From Patescibacteria group bacterium (GTDB lineage: Bacteria > Patescibacteriota > Minisyncoccia > UBA6257 > UBA9933), in contig JBBTPY010000007.1 in assembly GCA_038065955.1 (NCBI GenBank), positions 29,232 through 93,231 of the forward strand: 64,000 nt of DNA, read 5' to 3'. The notes under the pieces were generated by a model, which ran no database searches, had not been told where the DNA came from, and saw only the letters and a list, made by a program, of their open reading frames with translations. This document shows positions 54,425 to 64,000 of the stretch, piece by piece. A program made the translations under genes and the position numbers. The first letter of the stretch is position 1. The number at the start of each line of letters is the position of its first letter.

Positions 54425-56800
54425 TCACAGACTATTAATGATACCCCAATTTCCTTTTTCTGCCAAATCAATCAAAACTTCCATGTCGTCTTTTAAATCG
54501 TCAAATTGTTTTAGATAAGCGGCGACTTTGATAAAATTTTCCGCGTCTTTTCGGAGGGCGAAATAACGCACCGCCTCTTCATAATATTGCCTCTCAAAAA
54601 CAAAATTAATTTCTTTATTTAAACTTTTAATGATAAATTCCGCCAATTTCTCTTTTCGGCCGGCAAGATTATAAATTAAAAGAACGCTATTTCTGTCCCC
54701 GCCCATTAAAGTATCAAAACGAGGGTCAAGAAGATTAACGGCTTCGTCTAATATTTCAGCCGCTTCTTTATTTTTTCCGGCAATCGCCATCATTAAGGCC
54801 AGATGAAAATTAGCGCGGGCCACTTTCGGATTCAATGAAATAGCGTATTTAGCCGCTTCAAAAGACTCTTCATATCGTTTTTGCCCCGCTAAATTAAAAG
54901 CCAAATGATAATAAACTTCTTGCCTTGTCGGCGCGCGCTTAACCGCCTCCCTCATCAATTTTTCGGCTTTTTGATAAAGCGGCTTGGCGCTTTCATCATC
55001 AATAACTTTTGTAATGCCGTTTAACATTTCCACTTCTCTGATAAAAACCCTTACATCAAACGGCTCGCGCCTGACGATTTCATCCATTGCTTCAATCAAT
55101 AAATCGCCTAATGACTTGAATTTTGGATTAGAAACATAAGAATTATTGTAAAAAAACTGGTCAAGATAAGCGACATCAATTCCCGTGCTCCGAATATTAT
55201 ATTGAGCGAAATTATAAGGATACATCGCCCTTTTAAGCGCGGCGGCCACTTCATAAGCGTTATGGCTTACGCCGGAAGAAGCTTTAAAAAGTCTGGCTTG
55301 GATATAAGGAACGAGATTATAAAAATATAAACTGTAGCCGGCGGCAATAATAATGATTAATGCGATAATTGAAAAGAAAAATTTTGCAACCGCTGATTTT
55401 TTATCCGCATAAATCGGCGCGCTGTCGAAATTTATCGACGTATTTGAAATTATAAATCCTAAAATAACGAAAAAGGCGCCATAAGAAACAATTTGGTCAA
55501 AAACGAAAAGATTTTGAACGAAATAACCAATTAAGCCTGCCGCTATAAACAGCGGTAGAAAATTAACGCCTCCGGCCGCCGCGTTCCCGCCGTCTTTATC
55601 TCGTATTTCATTTGTTTTTCTGAATAATAAATAAAAAACCGCGCCGAAAATTCCCAAATAAACGACTAATCCGAAAATTCCCTGCATCACAACGACATCA
55701 ATAACTTTGTTGTGCGCCCGGTCAAGCCATGATTCACCATAAAGCGCGTAATCCGGGTCGTAATACTTCTCATAAGCGATGATGTAATTTTCCGGCCCCC
55801 AGCCGAAAAACGGCTTTTCTTTAAACGCTTTCCAGCTTAATTTCCATGTCATCAAACGAAATTGAGTGGAAGCGTCGTTTATGTCAAAAGCGGCGGTTTT
55901 CGCCAATCTGTTAAGTCCCGGAACTTTCTGCCAAACTTGATTATCGCGAGTAAACCAAAAAGCGCCGCTAAAAATAAACATCATTAAAATCAGCCCGATT
56001 GCTAATTTTTGAAGATTCAATTTAATGGACGCCGTAATTCTTACGGACTTACGGCGTCCGTAGATTGAAAAATAAGCCAATAAGGCAAAAATTCCGGCTC
56101 CCAATCCCAAAATCGCGCCGCGGGTGCCGGTAATAAAAACCGTCAATGCCGACAAAATAATTATTAATAAAGAGAAATGGCGCCAATACGAAAGCTTAAA
56201 TTTAAAGTTTATAGGTTTGTAAGTTTTAAAAAAGACGACCGCGGCGAACATCATCAGAAAAAACATATGAGTCGCCAGAAACGCCGCGTTGCCGATATAA
56301 GAAATCGGCCTTGCTTCCGGAATTAAAGCAAAAGGGAAATTTCTGATGCCGAAATACTGCAGAATAGCGTAAAAAATAACGATAAATCCGACAATCAACG
56401 AAATTTTAAAATAATTAAGCCAATCTTTTTTTTCAAAAATAATGGTGGCGATAAACATAAAAACCAAAGCGTGAAGCATCCCAAATAACCCCTCGCCGCG
56501 CTCCAAATCGCCCCAAAAAGCCCGATATGAATTATCCGCCAAAACGACACTTACGACCAAAGAAATAAAAAATAAAGCGAGAGAAATAATAAGGGGATTC
56601 TTAATAAAGTTTAAATGTTTAAATGCTTTAAGATTTAAAAGTAAATAAATTAAAAATAAAATCAAAGCAATTTCAATAACGCTTCTGTAAAAAACGGTTT
56701 TGCCCAAAACAAACGGAAAAATGGTGCTCCAGCTTATAATTAAAGGAGTAAAAGCCGTTAAAAAAAGCGGAAATTTAATGAAAATTTTAAAAAATTTCAT
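54425..56800 (-). CDS. O-antigen ligase / O-oligosaccharyltransferase family protein with C-terminal TPRs (paralog 1)
   Basis: FWGDLERGEG, GNAAFLA, TRGA, GWGPENY, DRAHNK; TPR-like repeats after about aa 600. Confidence 0.9.
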   Translation of the reverse strand: MKFFKIFIKFPLFLTAFTPLIISWSTIFPFVLGKTVFYRSVIEIALILFLIYLLLNLKAFKHLNFIKNPLIISLALFFISLVVSVVLADNSYRAFWGDLERGEGLFGMLHALVFMFIATIIFEKKDWLNYFKISLIVGFIVIFYAILQYFGIRNFPFALIPEARPISYIGNAAFLATHMFFLMMFAAVVFFKTYKPINFKFKLSYWRHFSLLIIILSALTVFITGTRGAILGLGAGIFALLAYFSIYGRRKSVRITASIKLNLQKLAIGLILMMFIFSGAFWFTRDNQVWQKVPGLNRLAKTAAFDINDASTQFRLMTWKLSWKAFKEKPFFGWGPENYIIAYEKYYDPDYALYGESWLDRAHNKVIDVVVMQGIFGLVVYLGIFGAVFYLLFRKTNEIRDKDGGNAAAGGVNFLPLFIAAGLIGYFVQNLFVFDQIVSYGAFFVILGFIISNTSINFDSAPIYADKKSAVAKFFFSIIALIIIIAAGYSLYFYNLVPYIQARLFKASSGVSHNAYEVAAALKRAMYPYNFAQYNIRSTGIDVAYLDQFFYNNSYVSNPKFKSLGDLLIEAMDEIVRREPFDVRVFIREVEMLNGITKVIDDESAKPLYQKAEKLMREAVKRAPTRQEVYYHLAFNLAGQKRYEESFEAAKYAISLNPKVARANFHLALMMAIAGKNKEAAEILDEAVNLLDPRFDTLMGGDRNSVLLIYNLAGRKEKLAEFIIKSLNKEINFVFERQYYEEAVRYFALRKDAENFIKVAAYLKQFDDLKDDMEVLIDLAEKGNWGIINSL

Positions 56801-56838
56801 AGATAAATAAAAGTATAAAAGTTTAAATATTTAAAAGC

Positions 56839-56870
56839 AACCAAAAACCGCCCGAAGGCGGTTTTTGGTT
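56839..56870 (-). terminator. Strong intrinsic terminator after the S-layer-like gene
   Basis: AACCAAAAACCGCC-TTCG-GGCGGTTTTTGGTT: 14-bp stem with a C(UUCG)G tetraloop on the minus strand. Confidence 0.88.
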
Positions 56871-56913
56871 TTTCAATTATGAGCTATTGAGAAACTTCTA
56901 TTCAGAAAACTGA

Positions 56914-59900
56914 CTAGTTGCTGATTGTGATAGAGCTTGAAGGTAAGATCTTGACGAGCACGCCGTTCGCCCAATCAGCAGTTGACTCAGTGTGTGAAGT
57001 CTGAGAGTAATCTGACCAAACGAAGGACGGAGCCGCATCAGTCGCAGTAGTGAGACTGGACCTAACAGCAGAAACAGTGGTCGCGCTGACCAAGGTTGTT
57101 TCAGTTCTGTGGAGATTGGCGACTATAGAAGCCGCGCCCACAGTACCGGAAACATTATTAAAGGTCAAAGCTACCTCATATTCCTGTTCAGCTCCGGCCG
57201 CAATGGTCTCTTCAGAGTTAAGCAATAAGCTTACATAACCCGTATTGCCGCCGGTAATGGCCGCCTGCTCGCCAGTGGATGTACTGGTTGAGCTAAAGGC
57301 TGAAGCAATATTGAGATTAGAGCTTGCGCCTACTCTCTTAATAGTGACATTGCCCGTTGTTCCCGGAACCGCGTCAACCAAAGTTATGGAAGCGCCGGTC
57401 ATAGAAACTTTAAACTGAATCTGTTTCCAAGCCACCTGTTCCGGACCATCAGCTTTAATCTTAAATTTGATAACCGGAATTTGACCAACGGTAAGCTTGC
57501 TGGAACCGGCAGTCGGAACGGCAAAAGTCGGTTTGGTCTTGTAGACCACCATCTGATTGCCGGTAGCCGCCGTTAAGCCCGTATCCAAAGCGGTTGAACC
57601 CTGAGCTTCGAATCCTGCAGCCATTACGCTGGTATAGGCCGAAGCGCCGGAATCAGCGCCGCTTGAAATTGAATTCAAAACGCCCTTAACAGTTAAAGTC
57701 TTAGAACCATCTTTCGGAATAACCCAGCCAAGGCTGTCAATATAGACAGTGCCGGAATTATCTCCTGAACCGGTTACGCTGTATCCGCCCGCTGAACCAA
57801 TTTGAGTTGAACCGTCATAAAGCTTAACCATTGAAACCTCGTCAGCCGCAGCCGAAGAAGTATCTACGGCGCTGTTGGTCGGAATAACCAAGAGCCGCAT
57901 TTTATTGATAGTCATATTCTCGTTGGTGGCGGTAAAGCGGAATTTACTCAAAACCTGTTCAGAGCCGGCGATTACAATACCAGATTCCGATTCGCTGTCA
58001 TCAGCGGCTTTAACCACTGAAACATCGCCGGAAGTGGTAAGAGTAACCACTACGCCGGTGCTGGTATTAATCTGCGTTCCGGACGGAGTCAAGGTTGCGC
58101 TGTTGCCAGCCGGGTCGGTAACGGTAATATTGGTGCTGTTAACCGCGGCAATGTGAACATAGTAAACATCGCCATTGGTCGCGTCAGCCGCAATATTGCC
58201 TTTGACGGTTAAAATCTTGGTTGAACCCTTAGGAATCGTAATGCTTAAACTGTCAAAAGTGGCAGTTAAAGCAGAAGTGTCCAAAGATTTCAAAGTTGAA
58301 ATCAAGGTCGCGCCGTCATAAAGACCCAAATTCTGAACTTCTCCGGAAGTTAATGTACCGCTGGAAGAAGTAGCCGTAATCTTAACCGAGCTGATTTTAA
58401 TGTCAGAGTTTTGCGCTCTGAAACTGAAACCGGCCAAAGAAACGAGATTGGTGCCCCGGACGATTGTCTGGGACGCCGGCGTTGACGAAAGCTGAACGTC
58501 CATAGTCGCGACTCTGGTGGTCATCGTGTTTCCGGCGACAGCGCTGCTGCCGAGCGGCACGATATCGGCCAAAGCCACATTCTGGTTATTGTCCAAATTC
58601 TTAACGTCGCCCAATGAGAAAGCGGCAAGTGAAACTTTAATGTCATCGCCGTCGTCATTATCAGCGTCAACGTCAACCGTAACTTTATAAGTTTTGGAAG
58701 CGCCGGCTGAAATGTTAATCACGTCCGTGTAGACGTAGCTCGTGGTTGAGCTCGTAACGTCAAAAGTGCTGGTAATTACAGCGTTAGAAGAAGTATCCCA
58801 GACTTTCATATCCGGAAATCCTTCGCCATTTATAAGACTGCCGCTGGTTGAAGCCGTAAATCTGAGATTTTTAATCTCAATATTATTGGCTGAAGCGATG
58901 GTGAAGTTATAAACCTCAACATTCTGACCGCGCAAAGCGATATCGCCGGTAATCGGACCGTTAAAGGTAATGGTTACCGCGCCGCCCGAAACGGTCAAGG
59001 TCTGACCTTCGCTGGAAGTGTCAATACCGACAATGCTCGGGTTAACCGGGAAACCGTAAAGATTACCGGTTGCCTGAACGTCGGACTTGCTGTCAAAGTA
59101 GAAGATAATCGTATCTCCTGACCTAGCTTGGCCGGAAATATCGCCGTAAATCTGGAAAACCCTTTCCTGCCCTTTCTCTAAAAGATACGGAGTGGTAAAG
59201 GCAAAGGTCGCCAAATCTTTGGCTCCGATTGCTGAAGCATTAGCCACAACTGTTCCGCTTTGTTTCAAAACAAAATTGGAAAGATAGCTGTTGGTAATGG
59301 TTCCGGCTTCGGTTAAGGCCAATTGGTTGATTTTAATATCTTCCGCCGAACCGGCAGTCAATTTAATTTCCGCCAAAAGCGCTCCTTGTTTGCCAATACT
59401 CGGATTGGAAACTGAACCGGAGCTGGTGGCGGTAACCGTGCCGACTTGCGAACTTCCCCAAGTAATCGGATTACCCGTGAAGGTTCCGGTCGGAATCGGG
59501 TCGCCGGCGGCCGAAGTCAACGTAAAGTAGTTGAAGTTACCGGCCGTATCGGTGTCAATATCAATCAATAAACTCAAAGTTTTTGTTCCGTCAATCGCTA
59601 AAGCGAGATTTAAGAACGAAATTTCGTGAGTGGTTGAATTAATACTGCGTCCGCTCGTCAAACGAGAGCTTCCTTCATAAAGGTAAAAACCGCTTGAAGG
59701 AAAATCGCCCGTGGAACCGACGCCCAATCTCTTAAAAGTCAAAGATTGCAAAGTGCCTTTTCCGGAAACGGTGAATTTCAACGCCGTTACGCCGGCCGCT
59801 CCCAACGGAACAGTCTGAGCCGCCGGGTTATCGCTGGCCAAAGCCAATACTAAACCGGTTGTCGGCGTGGTCGGGGTTGTCGGGGTAGTCGGGGTAGTCG

Positions 59901-60360
59901 GGGTTGTCGGAGTTGTTACCGCTAAACTGGAATATTTGGAGCGAGACATCGCGCCAAAAATGCCATCAGCAGTTAAACCTTTAGCTGCCTGCCAGGCTTT
60001 TACCGCGGCCGCGGTTTTTGAACCAAAATAAGTGGTTTCATTGCCCGCTGAACCGGCGCCTGAAGCCGAAACAGTATAGCTGGCGCCGTTAAGATATTGC
60101 TGTAAACATTTCACCGCGTCTCCCTTGGAACCTCGTTTCAAGGTAGAAGTGAAAGAACACAATACCGCGCTGGAGCCTTGAGCTGTCGCTAACTGACTCT
60201 GTAAAGCCTGAATCTGCGCCAAAAGAGCGCTGATTTGCGCTTGAAGGTCAGAAGAAGCAGTTTGAGCAGAGGCGATCGGCATAAAAATACCGCCCATTAA
60301 CCACACTGCGGTGGTAATGGAAAGCGCCACTGCTGAAAATTTCTTTATATTATTACTCAT
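56914..60360 (-). CDS. Large secreted Thr/Ser/Gly-rich surface (S-layer-like) protein with N-terminal peptidoglycan-binding domain
   Basis: Signal peptide; LQAQISALLAQIQALQ coil; LKRGSKGDAVKCLQ...YFGSKTAAAVKAWQ...ADGIFG PG-binding motif; PTT linker; beta-rich repeats. Start placed at MSNNIKK (60360). Confidence 0.82.
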   Translation of the reverse strand: MSNNIKKFSAVALSITTAVWLMGGIFMPIASAQTASSDLQAQISALLAQIQALQSQLATAQGSSAVLCSFTSTLKRGSKGDAVKCLQQYLNGASYTVSASGAGSAGNETTYFGSKTAAAVKAWQAAKGLTADGIFGAMSRSKYSSLAVTTPTTPTTPTTPTTPTTPTTGLVLALASDNPAAQTVPLGAAGVTALKFTVSGKGTLQSLTFKRLGVGSTGDFPSSGFYLYEGSSRLTSGRSINSTTHEISFLNLALAIDGTKTLSLLIDIDTDTAGNFNYFTLTSAAGDPIPTGTFTGNPITWGSSQVGTVTATSSGSVSNPSIGKQGALLAEIKLTAGSAEDIKINQLALTEAGTITNSYLSNFVLKQSGTVVANASAIGAKDLATFAFTTPYLLEKGQERVFQIYGDISGQARSGDTIIFYFDSKSDVQATGNLYGFPVNPSIVGIDTSSEGQTLTVSGGAVTITFNGPITGDIALRGQNVEVYNFTIASANNIEIKNLRFTASTSGSLINGEGFPDMKVWDTSSNAVITSTFDVTSSTTSYVYTDVINISAGASKTYKVTVDVDADNDDGDDIKVSLAAFSLGDVKNLDNNQNVALADIVPLGSSAVAGNTMTTRVATMDVQLSSTPASQTIVRGTNLVSLAGFSFRAQNSDIKISSVKITATSSSGTLTSGEVQNLGLYDGATLISTLKSLDTSALTATFDSLSITIPKGSTKILTVKGNIAADATNGDVYYVHIAAVNSTNITVTDPAGNSATLTPSGTQINTSTGVVVTLTTSGDVSVVKAADDSESESGIVIAGSEQVLSKFRFTATNENMTINKMRLLVIPTNSAVDTSSAAADEVSMVKLYDGSTQIGSAGGYSVTGSGDNSGTVYIDSLGWVIPKDGSKTLTVKGVLNSISSGADSGASAYTSVMAAGFEAQGSTALDTGLTAATGNQMVVYKTKPTFAVPTAGSSKLTVGQIPVIKFKIKADGPEQVAWKQIQFKVSMTGASITLVDAVPGTTGNVTIKRVGASSNLNIASAFSSTSTSTGEQAAITGGNTGYVSLLLNSEETIAAGAEQEYEVALTFNNVSGTVGAASIVANLHRTETTLVSATTVSAVRSSLTTATDAAPSFVWSDYSQTSHTESTADWANGVLVKILPSSSITISN
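59857..59917 (-). repeat. 9-bp coding repeat encoding a (TTP)n linker
   Basis: Degenerate GTCGGGGTW units translate to TTPTTPTTPTTPTTPTTPTT. Confidence 0.85.
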
Positions 60361-60704
60361 TATGTGTTTTATAGTTTTAATCAGGAAATAACGGATTTGT
60401 TCGAACATAGACCAAGCGGTCTAAATAAAATTCGTTATCCGCTGATTTTTATTGTATTTAACAATAATTTATTTATTATTTTTGGAAAATTATTCTTCTG
60501 CCAGTCGACCATCCGGTTATTATTATATATAACCGCCTGAACATAAAAATAACTTGATAGCAAATTAAAATAAAAGCGAATCCGCTTTTAATACTACTTA
60601 TAACACTGCCTAATAATTTAATACAACCATTAACTTTTGGCAACCCCTAAATCTATAATATAGATAACGATACTAATAAAAGGTTGTTTCATTTATTTCG
60701 GGCG

Positions 60705-61436
60705 CTATAAAGCCCATTTTGACGCGGCAAAAATAATTAAAACAAATACTATCAATAAAGTAATGTTTTTTAAAATCATTGTCCGATTAAGATTGCCGCT
60801 TAAATGGGCGAATACCATGTCTTTTGTTATTAAAATCAACACTAATGTCAAAGCGCCGGCGTTCAAAAAACCGATAGGCAAAAGCGAAATAACCCAAAGA
60901 AATTGAAAAATTGAAAGGGCCAGCCCAAAAGACAATAAATTCAGCCTTGAAACGGGAAGAGACATAAACGCCAACGCTTCCCTGAAAAGAAAATAAATGC
61001 CGAAAAAGGCGGCCAAATATTTCACGATAAAAAACTGCGACTTGTCCGACGCGTAAAACATAATAAAAACCGTTAAAAACAGAAAGTTGTTTAAAAAATG
61101 ATAAATCGGCGGTCGATTGACGAAAGACAGATTTTTAACGCCTAAAATAAGGAATAAAATGACGCCGAATAATAAACTTATGATAACCGACAGCTTACCG
61201 CTGACAACCGGTAAATTAACCGCCAATAAAGAAACGACGATAAGCGTTAAAAAAGACGCCAAAAATTGGCGGCCGCCGGAAACGCCAGAAAAATAAAAAT
61301 AAAAAGCCGCCGCGAAATAAATAACAACCAACCACTTATGATTGATAACCGACAGCAATAATAAAGATAAAATTATGGCCTTAAACGTTAATAATAAGAC
61401 CGGATTCCTTAAAACCGAGTTTAATTTTTTTAGCAT
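60705..61436 (-). CDS. Hypothetical polytopic membrane protein
   Basis: About 8 TMs; likely start MLKKLNSV (61436), overlapping the clpB 3' end. Confidence 0.7.
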   Translation of the reverse strand: MLKKLNSVLRNPVLLLTFKAIILSLLLLSVINHKWLVVIYFAAAFYFYFSGVSGGRQFLASFLTLIVVSLLAVNLPVVSGKLSVIISLLFGVILFLILGVKNLSFVNRPPIYHFLNNFLFLTVFIMFYASDKSQFFIVKYLAAFFGIYFLFREALAFMSLPVSRLNLLSFGLALSIFQFLWVISLLPIGFLNAGALTLVLILITKDMVFAHLSGNLNRTMILKNITLLIVFVLIIFAASKWAL

Positions 61437-64000
61437 CTTTAAGTTCGCCTTTAATAATGCTGTTTGCCAATTCATCCAGCACTAATTTTTGAATCATTCT
61501 TTTAATCGGTCGAGCGCCATAATCCGGGTCAAAACCCTGTTCCGCAATATGCTTTTTCAGGGAATTATCAAAAACCACGTTAAGATTGCGGCCAGCCAAC
61601 CGGTTTTTAAGCTCTTCAAGTTGAATATCAACTATTTTTTCAATTTCTTTCCGGCTTAAGGAATTAAAAACGATAATTTCATCCAATCTATTCAGAAATT
61701 CAGGCCGGAAAGTTTCTTTAAGCGCCTCCATTACGCGTTCTTTGAAATTCTCGGTTTTGCCTTTTTGTTCCATTTCTTCGCCGCCGGTCTCAAAACCAAC
61801 CCGCGACATTTCCCGAAAGTACTCGCTACCGACATTAGAAGTTAAAATAATGATGGCGTTTTTAAAATTAACGGTTTTGCCCTTGCCGTCGGTAAGCCGG
61901 CCGTTATCCAGCATCTGGAGAAGAACATTAAAAACTTCCGGATGGGCTTTTTCAATTTCATCAAATAAAATCAAACTATAAGGCCGGTGTCTAACGGTTT
62001 CGGTCAACTGACCGCCTTCTTCATGTCCGACATAGCCCGGCGGCGAACCGATAAGCCGAGCCGTTGAATGCCTTTCCATATATTCGCTCATATCAATTCT
62101 GATTAAAGCCTTTTCGTCATTGAACATAAATCCCGCCAACGCTTTTGCCAATTCGGTTTTTCCGACGCCGGTCGGCCCTAAAAACATAAAAGAGCCCAAT
62201 GGCTTTTCTTCTTGAGAAAGGCCGGTCCGCGCCCGGCGCAAAGAACTGGCAATCGCTTTAATCGCCTCTTTCTGGCCGACAACGCGGGAAGCCAAAACTT
62301 CTTCTATTTTTTGGAGTTTTTCAACCTCTTTCTCCAACATTTTCACCACCGGAATACCGGTCCAGCGGAAAATCACATCAGCAATGTCTTCTTCATCAAC
62401 CGCTTCTTTGATAAATCTTTCTTTTTCCGACTTTTTGTCCTGAACCTTAGACCGGCCGGCCGATTTCCGATTTGTTTCCATATATTTTTTTTCAAAAATT
62501 TTCAAATCTCTTTCCGTCTGCGGCAATTCGCCATAAATAATTTTGGCGACTTTCTCCAAATTGCCTTCCCGCTCCGCGAGTTCGGCTCCGCGACGCAAAT
62601 CCTCCGCCTTTTTTCTTAAATTATGAATATTTTCAAAAGCGATTTTTTCCGCGTGCCATTTTGCCGAAAATTCGTCGTTTTTTTCCTTAAGTTTGGCTAG
62701 TTCTTTTTCAATTTCAGCTAATCTTTTATTTTTGGCGGAACCGCCGTCCTGAACCAAAGCCTGGCGTTCAATTTCCAAGTGGGTAATTTCTCTCCTAATT
62801 TTATCAATTTCTCTGGGCAGACTTTCGGTTTCCAAGCGCCTTGCAGACGACGCTTCGTCGATTAAATCAATCGCTTTATCGGGCAAAAATCGGTCAGGGA
62901 TATAACGAGCGGAAAGATTAACCGCCGCCACAATCGCCTCGTCAGAAATGCGAATGCCGTGATGAATTTCATATTTTTCTTTTAACCCCCTTAAAATCGC
63001 GACGCTGTCTTCAATTGAAGGCTCGTCAACCATTACCGGCTGAAACCGGCGCTCCAAAGCCGCGTCTTTTTCAATATAACGCTGATATTCGCGGATAGTG
63101 GTGGCGCCGATGGCGCGCAATTCGCCTCGGGCGAGAGCCGGCTTTAACAAATTAGAAGCGTCAATCGCGCCTTCGGCCGCGCCGGCGCCGACAATCGTAT
63201 GAATTTCATCAATAAAAAGAATTATTTTCCCTTGAGATTGCTGAACTTCTCGGACAAACGCTTTTAACCGGTCTTCAAATTCACCGCGAAATTTAGTGCC
63301 GGCAATCAATGCTCCGAGGTCAAGCATTACGATTTCTTTATTCTTTAACGGTTCCGGAATATCGCCGGAAACTATTCGCTGAGCCAAACCTTCAACCACC
63401 GCGGTTTTTCCGACGCCGGACTCTCCGATTAAAACCGGATTGTTCTTGGTCCGACGATTTAAAATCTGAATCAAACGGCGAAGCTCTTCGTTCCGGCCGA
63501 TGACCGGGTCAAGTTTGCCGTTTCTCGCAAGTTCGGTAAGGTTAATGGCGTATTTTTCCAGAACCTGAAATTTCGTTTCCGGCATTTCGTCGGTAATCCG
63601 CATTGTTCCCCGAAACTGAGCCAATATCCTTAAAACCGTTTCACGGCGCAAACCGAATTTTTCCAAAATCAAAGCCGGCGCCGAACCGCTTTCCAAAACC
63701 GCCAGAAACAAATGCTCGCAAGAAATGAATTCGTCTTTTTGCCGACCGGCAATTTTAACCGCTTCGTCCAAAACCTGCATCACTTCCTGAGAAAGATAAA
63801 GCTGGGCCACCTTAGAAGAACCGAAAATCTTCGGCTGTTTTTTCAGTTCTTCGCCAAGTTCTTGGGCTAAAACATCAAGATTAACTCCGGCCTTGATAAT
63901 CAACGGCCGCACCAAAGACCCTTCATCGGAAATAAGAGCGATTAAAAGATGGATTATTTTCAATTCGCCGTGATTTTCCCTGGCCGCCAAATCCTGCGCG
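61381..64000 (-). CDS. clpB: ATP-dependent chaperone ClpB (5' end lies beyond the window)
   Basis: [35 protein letters not shown], long coiled-coil middle domain, [30 protein letters not shown]. Confidence 0.95.
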   Translation of the reverse strand, partial: AQDLAARENHGELKIIHLLIALISDEGSLVRPLIIKAGVNLDVLAQELGEELKKQPKIFGSSKVAQLYLSQEVMQVLDEAVKIAGRQKDEFISCEHLFLAVLESGSAPALILEKFGLRRETVLRILAQFRGTMRITDEMPETKFQVLEKYAINLTELARNGKLDPVIGRNEELRRLIQILNRRTKNNPVLIGESGVGKTAVVEGLAQRIVSGDIPEPLKNKEIVMLDLGALIAGTKFRGEFEDRLKAFVREVQQSQGKIILFIDEIHTIVGAGAAEGAIDASNLLKPALARGELRAIGATTIREYQRYIEKDAALERRFQPVMVDEPSIEDSVAILRGLKEKYEIHHGIRISDEAIVAAVNLSARYIPDRFLPDKAIDLIDEASSARRLETESLPREIDKIRREITHLEIERQALVQDGGSAKNKRLAEIEKELAKLKEKNDEFSAKWHAEKIAFENIHNLRKKAEDLRRGAELAEREGNLEKVAKIIYGELPQTERDLKIFEKKYMETNRKSAGRSKVQDKKSEKERFIKEAVDEEDIADVIFRWTGIPVVKMLEKEVEKLQKIEEVLASRVVGQKEAIKAIASSLRRARTGLSQEEKPLGSFMFLGPTGVGKTELAKALAGFMFNDEKALIRIDMSEYMERHSTARLIGSPPGYVGHEEGGQLTETVRHRPYSLILFDEIEKAHPEVFNVLLQMLDNGRLTDGKGKTVNFKNAIIILTSNVGSEYFREMSRVGFETGGEEMEQKGKTENFKERVMEALKETFRPEFLNRLDEIIVFNSLSRKEIEKIVDIQLEELKNRLAGRNLNVVFDNSLKKHIAEQGFDPDYGARPIKRMIQKLVLDELANSIIKGELKDAKKIKLGFKESGLIINV

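Noticed and set aside
59857-59917. TTP repeat as a mobile or phase-variable element
   Set aside because: The 9-bp period with synonymous variation is an ordinary Pro/Thr linker, and length changes would stay in frame.
330-63503. The many short antisense or alternate-frame ORFs in the track (e.g. 3119..3532, 14651..14992, 30777..31199, 62212..62619)
   Set aside because: They lie wholly within well-supported genes and have no recognisable motifs; they are expected shadow ORFs.
1-64000. CRISPR array, rRNA or tRNA genes
   Set aside because: No 25-45-bp repeats with unique spacers, no cas motifs, and no cloverleaf or rRNA signatures. Intergenic gaps are short and mostly explained.
1-64000. Alternative genetic code (TGA=Gly, as in Gracilibacteria/Absconditabacteria)
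   Set aside because: Conserved genes are full length under code 11, and several end at TGA at the expected position (rpe, asnB with ATGA overlap).

Overview
AT-rich, densely packed bacterial DNA read in code 11, with almost all genes on the minus strand. Gene content and style (SD-poor leaders, LTD and peptidoglycan-binding surface proteins, split transketolase) suggest Patescibacteria/CPR, Parcubacteria-like; this is an inference. Left (1-13.2 kb): partial AbrB antitoxin, pentose-phosphate/glycolysis genes (tkt-N, rpe, lemA, gap, rpiB), CapA, TrmH, a three-gene unit ending in a 1619-aa secreted Zn-phospholipase C/4xLTD protein, and trxB/glutaredoxin. Centre (13.2-56.8 kb): a ~43-kb surface-glycan cluster. 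It holds a priming phosphoglycosyltransferase, two flippases, a Wzy-like protein, about 9 glycosyltransferase genes, a GDP-deoxysugar pathway (Gmd, a Glu-less Gmd paralog, ColD-like dehydratase, C-methyltransferase), a lipid-linked modification module with a GT-C/PRK-like kinase fusion, AsnB, and two O-antigen-ligase/OTase paralogs. An MNT-HEPN module and a LamG/lytic-transglycosylase gene interrupt it. Right: a large Thr/Ser-rich S-layer-like gene, a membrane protein and clpB. Main observations: (1) a probable S-layer glycosylation system; (2) many in-frame 7-bp repeat and hairpin insertions in genes, one of which splits a ligase from its TPR domain by exactly one 7-bp unit; (3) a possible GDP route to a D-3,6-dideoxyhexose; (4) a relic GT2 5' end bracketing the TA module. 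No CRISPR, rRNA or tRNA was seen. All calls come from motifs read by eye; no database search was run.
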